Shown here: piece by piece, positions 60,609 through 64,000 of the stretch
Layout of the letters: each line of letters begins with the position of its first letter
Position numbering within the stretch: position 1 is the first letter of the stretch
NCBI GenBank assembly: GCA_030141605.1
Contig: JAQGDQ010000662.1
Coordinates: 52,881-116,880 of the forward strand
Direction of reading: 5' to 3'
Length of the DNA stretch: 64,000 nucleotides
From: Tubiluchus corallicola
Lineage: Eukaryota > Animalia > Priapulida
Translations under genes and position numbers: made by a program
Notes under the pieces: model-generated
What the model was told of the DNA's origin: nothing
Database searches by the model: none
The model's input: the letters and a program-made list of their open reading frames with translations, nothing else

Positions 60609-63600
60609 GTAAAATTTTACAAATTGTACCAAATCCCACTTTAAAGTATTCAGCCTTAGCTATTAAATATTTATAGTCGGATCAATTCACTCCTCTTAAA
60701 CTGCGTGATGTATTTGTATTTTAACATTTGATGTTAAATCCACTTCCAAGCAGTTAAAGTTATGGAAAAATTTATATCTGCCAATAGTTTTATAAACTCC
60801 ACAGGATTTAGAAAAATTTGGCTGAAAGATTGTAGAAAAACCCCTCCCAATTATAACACGACATTTAGTGATGTCCCAGATCGGGGCTTGACTTGTAGTA
60901 CTTATTGTTAATTAAATTTAGTTTTACTTTTTTATTTTGTAGTTTTTAATTAAATGTGGATTTTTATCAATGTTCATCAGTTACATTTACAATTGAATTT
61001 TGTACTTCATGCATTTTTAGTAGTAAAAGTCGTGCCAGCAGTTGACTATAAAGCTTTTCACAGTTTCTTTGTTGGCAAGCGCAGTTGCTGCAGGTCTAAG
61101 GTTAAGTGAGCCCAGTAACGCATCTTAACTACTACCGTGTGCGATATGAGTGTAAAGCGAAGTCGTCTGTCACGTAAGTTCAATAACTTAAGTCGTTTTA
61201 TGTGCACTTTACTTAATTATGCATTAGTCTGTGCGTAGAGTGATTTACTAGCAGGATCTTGTTTGGGAATGAGAAAAACTGACCTAGCTAAGGTTCTAGC
61301 TAGCTGCTAAAACTGTTGCCATTACAATAGCTTGGGCTGCAAGATGTTGCAAGTTTACCCAAATGCGTTGTTTGGTACACTTAACCTTTGACCTTTTTAC
61401 AGTCATCATCAATATCTGTATCATCAATAGAAAAGACTTTTTGACTGGATATGTTGATTTGCTTACTGTATTTCAAGGTGCTGTTAGCAAATATTGGGAA
61501 CTTGCTTGGACTGACAAGTGCAGAATCTGATCTGGAATCTTTCATGTCTGACCAGCAGCTGTTGGATTTTGATGCTTTCTGCACCTATCTGCAGAAGCAC
61601 GTCTTTGTCTCGCTGCCGGAATGCGACGCCAAGTCGTTCGAGAAGATGAGTGCCAGCATCGACGAGATGTGCTGGGCCTTGTGCAAAAAGGACGTGATGC
61701 GATCTGTGACGATGTTTCGTGAACGTGACGTGTACAAGTTGTTTCGCGTCATCAATGTGGTAGCCGAGATCGTGCCGGATCAGCTGCGGAAGAAAGTGGT
61801 CGCCACGGACAAGGAAGAAGTGGAAAATGTCACGAAAGAGTTTATAGCTGCATTGGGTATGTATTTTGCTCATTAGAAAAGTAACAAATTAAGCTTAGAT
61901 ACCTAGCAACTAATCAAGAAATGAATGTTTATTTTCTGTGTACAGCATACACTTTTTTTAAAGAGTGCGGTATTATACACAAAACAAAATAAATAGGCTT
62001 ACTGAAATGCTTGAAACACTAAAAACCCTTTACTTACAAATAGCTAAAAATGTTGTATCACCTTCATCCTGTATTATTAGGCATAGAGCTTGTATTAGCA
62101 GCAACACTGTATAAAACTTATTGAAACACTGTATTGAAACAAGTTTAGATAACATTGCGTAAAGTTTGAAAAATAATCAAAGATTTTCGTAGCTCACACT
62201 TTCTGTGTCTTGTTTGGTGAGTCAATGGTGCACACTACAAAAGTGAGTCCACAACATTTTACGAATTGGAGCAAACATTTTAAATTACTTTTCTAGTCTC
62301 TCAAACAGGTAAGAGTAATACAAAGTAATGTAACTTTCATGCATTCATGTTTGTAAACATGACCTAGCACTTTAGAAAAAATTATACCAGATTTTGATAT
62401 CAAATTGTAACAATTTTTCATTCTCATATCTATTTGATGTGTTGTAAAATCATGCATGAAACAGAAGTCCACTATGTTTGATGTGTTGTAAAATCATGCA
62501 TGAAATAGAAGTCCACTATGTTTGATCTGTTATAAAACTATGCATGAAATAGAAGTTCACTATGTTTTATGTGTTGTAAAACCATGCATGAAATAGAAGT
62601 CCACTATGTTTGATGTATTGTAAAATCATGCACGAAATAGAAGTCCACTATGTTTGATGTATTGTAAAACCATGCACGAAATAGAAGTCCACCATGTTTT
62701 ATGTGTTGTAAAACCATGCATGAAATAGAAGTCCACCATGTTTTATGTGTTGTAAAACCATGCATGAAATAGAAGTCCACTATGTTTGATGTGATGTAAA
62801 ACCATGCATGAAATAGAAGTTCACTATGTTTGATGTATTGTAAAACCATGCACGAAATAGAAGTCCACTATGTTTGATGTGTTGTAAAACCATGCACGAA
62901 ATAGAAGTCCACTATGTTTTATGTGTTGTAAAACCATGCATGAAATAGAAGTCCACTATGTTTGATGTGTTGTAAAACCATGCATGAAATAGAAGTCCAC
63001 TATGTTTGATGTGTTGTAAAACCATGCACGAAATAGAAGTTCACTATGTTTGATGTGTTGTAAAACCATGCATGAAATAGAAGTTCACTATGTTTGATGT
63101 ATTGTAAAATCATGCATGAAATAGAAGTCCACTATGTTTGATGTGTTGTAAAACCATGCACGAAATAGAAGTCCACTATGTTTGATGTATTGTAAAACCA
63201 TGCATGAAATAGAAGTCCACTATGTTTGATGTGTTGTAAAATCATGCATGAAATAGAAGTCCACTATGTTTGATGTGTTGTAAAACCATGCACGAAATAG
63301 AATAGAAGTCCACCATGTGGTCACTGGTCAGTTGTTTTATTATTTTTTGGTGGAGGGATGCTTTAACACCTGTTGTAAACTAATTTCAAAGAGCTCTTTA
63401 TCGGGCGTCCTCTTCTTTTCACACCTGTTCCTCTCAACTCTCACACAACAAAAAAATCAATGTTAGTTTAGATACGTTGTTCATGTGTATCTGCTTGTTT
63501 AGGGAAGCCATGGACTGACGCCCTTTGCGATGGTTTCCGCAGTGGCGCTGTGAATTACAGTTTTCAAGAGTTCTTGCATCTGTTGGAGACGGATGTTACA

Positions 63601-63678
63601 TCAGACGTACGTAAAGTTGCCATATCTGAAGCTGTGAATGAAGTGTGTGATGCTTTCATTAAGGGTGTCATTAAAAAG
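60522..63678 (+). CDS. SWAP70: SWAP-70/DEF6 family protein, 5' part (EF-hand-like N-terminus up to the PH domain start); continues beyond the window
   Basis: join(60522..60608,61478..61856,63503..63678), phase-consistent. LWFAFDTLDVNGRGDIQRSQLKVL, EMCWALCKK, AVNEVCDAFIKGVIKK match SWAP-70 as recalled ([47 protein letters not shown]). Start codon could lie further upstream. Confidence 0.88.
61050..61439 (-). mobile_element. MITE family A copy 4 (reverse orientation)
   Basis: Reverse complement of copies 1-3; TGGTACACTTAACCTTTGACCT near the right end. Confidence 0.8.
61478..61856 (+). CDS. SWAP70: SWAP70/DEF6-like exon 2
   Basis: TTTCAAG| VLLANIGNLLG...EMCWALCKK...KEFIAAL G|GTATGT. Confidence 0.9.
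62135..62338 (+). mobile_element. Kolobok-like family fragment
   Basis: TTGAAACAAGTTTAGATAACATT..GTAAAGTTTGAAA...GGTGAGTCAATGGTGCACACT. Confidence 0.6.
62430..63318. repeat. 44-bp minisatellite, about 20 units
   Basis: ACTATGTTTGATGTGTTGTAAAACCATGCATGAAATAGAAGTCC. Confidence 0.97.
63503..63678 (+). CDS. SWAP70: SWAP70/DEF6-like exon 3
   Basis: TTGTTTAG| KPWTDALCDGF...AVNEVCDAFIKGVIKK |GTATGT. Confidence 0.88.
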
Positions 63679-63906
63679 GTATGTTTATTTGCCCTTTGTG
63701 CATTATTCGTAATTTACACAGTGGTAAAAAGCGGCTCGAGTTACTGGTTGTATTGTCTAACTGGTTGTTAGTACATAAAATTTCCAGAAAACAGTTTACT
63801 TTGTTACTGAAAATCCATACAACTTTAATGATGATTGCAACGTAATTGTGATGTCACACATTTAGAAAGTGTTGAGACTGCCTAATAACCTTTTTCTCTT
63901 CTAAAT

Positions 63907-64000
63907 AAGCCTTTTCGCAGTTCCAGCAATTGATGATGATCATGAAAAGGTCAAAGGTTCAGTGAACCAGACAACACATTTGTGTACTCTTGACAACATC
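63907..64000 (+). mobile_element. MITE family A copy 5 (cut by the window end)
   Basis: AT|AAGCCTTTTCGCAGTTCCAGC...AAGGTCAAAGGTTCAGTG. Confidence 0.8.

Noticed and set aside
62430-63318. CRISPR-like regular repeats (also 20493-21512 and 39625-40710)
   Set aside because: Units abut with no unique spacers, there are no cas genes, and the context is a eukaryotic intron.

Overview
AT-rich, intron-containing metazoan (probably invertebrate) genomic DNA; no bacterial-type features, CRISPR arrays, rRNA or intact tRNA genes seen. Three spliced protein-coding genes can be rebuilt by hand with phase-consistent GT-AG introns. (1) A PACSIN/syndapin gene on + (10685-47232; 10 core exons, 450 aa; F-BAR, NPF, SH3). 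Its 20.5-kb intron 8 holds three extra phase-2 candidate exons with NPF, acidic dileucine, FFAT-like and Cys-rich (palmitoylation-like) motifs. (2) A TMEM183 orthologue on - (57965-51801; 5 exons, 346 aa). (3) The 5' part of a SWAP-70/DEF6 gene on + (60522 to beyond the window), head-to-head with TMEM183. Upstream lie a 5'-truncated CR1/L2-group LINE (PHD-APE-RT ORF2 broken by one frameshift) and the 3' end of a related LINE; both share a covarying 3' stem-loop. Introns contain MITEs (Tc1/pogo-, hAT-, Kolobok- and AT-TSD types), tRNA-derived SINE-like heads and minisatellites, two of which appear to be amplified from transposon termini. All family names come from motif recognition, not database searches.
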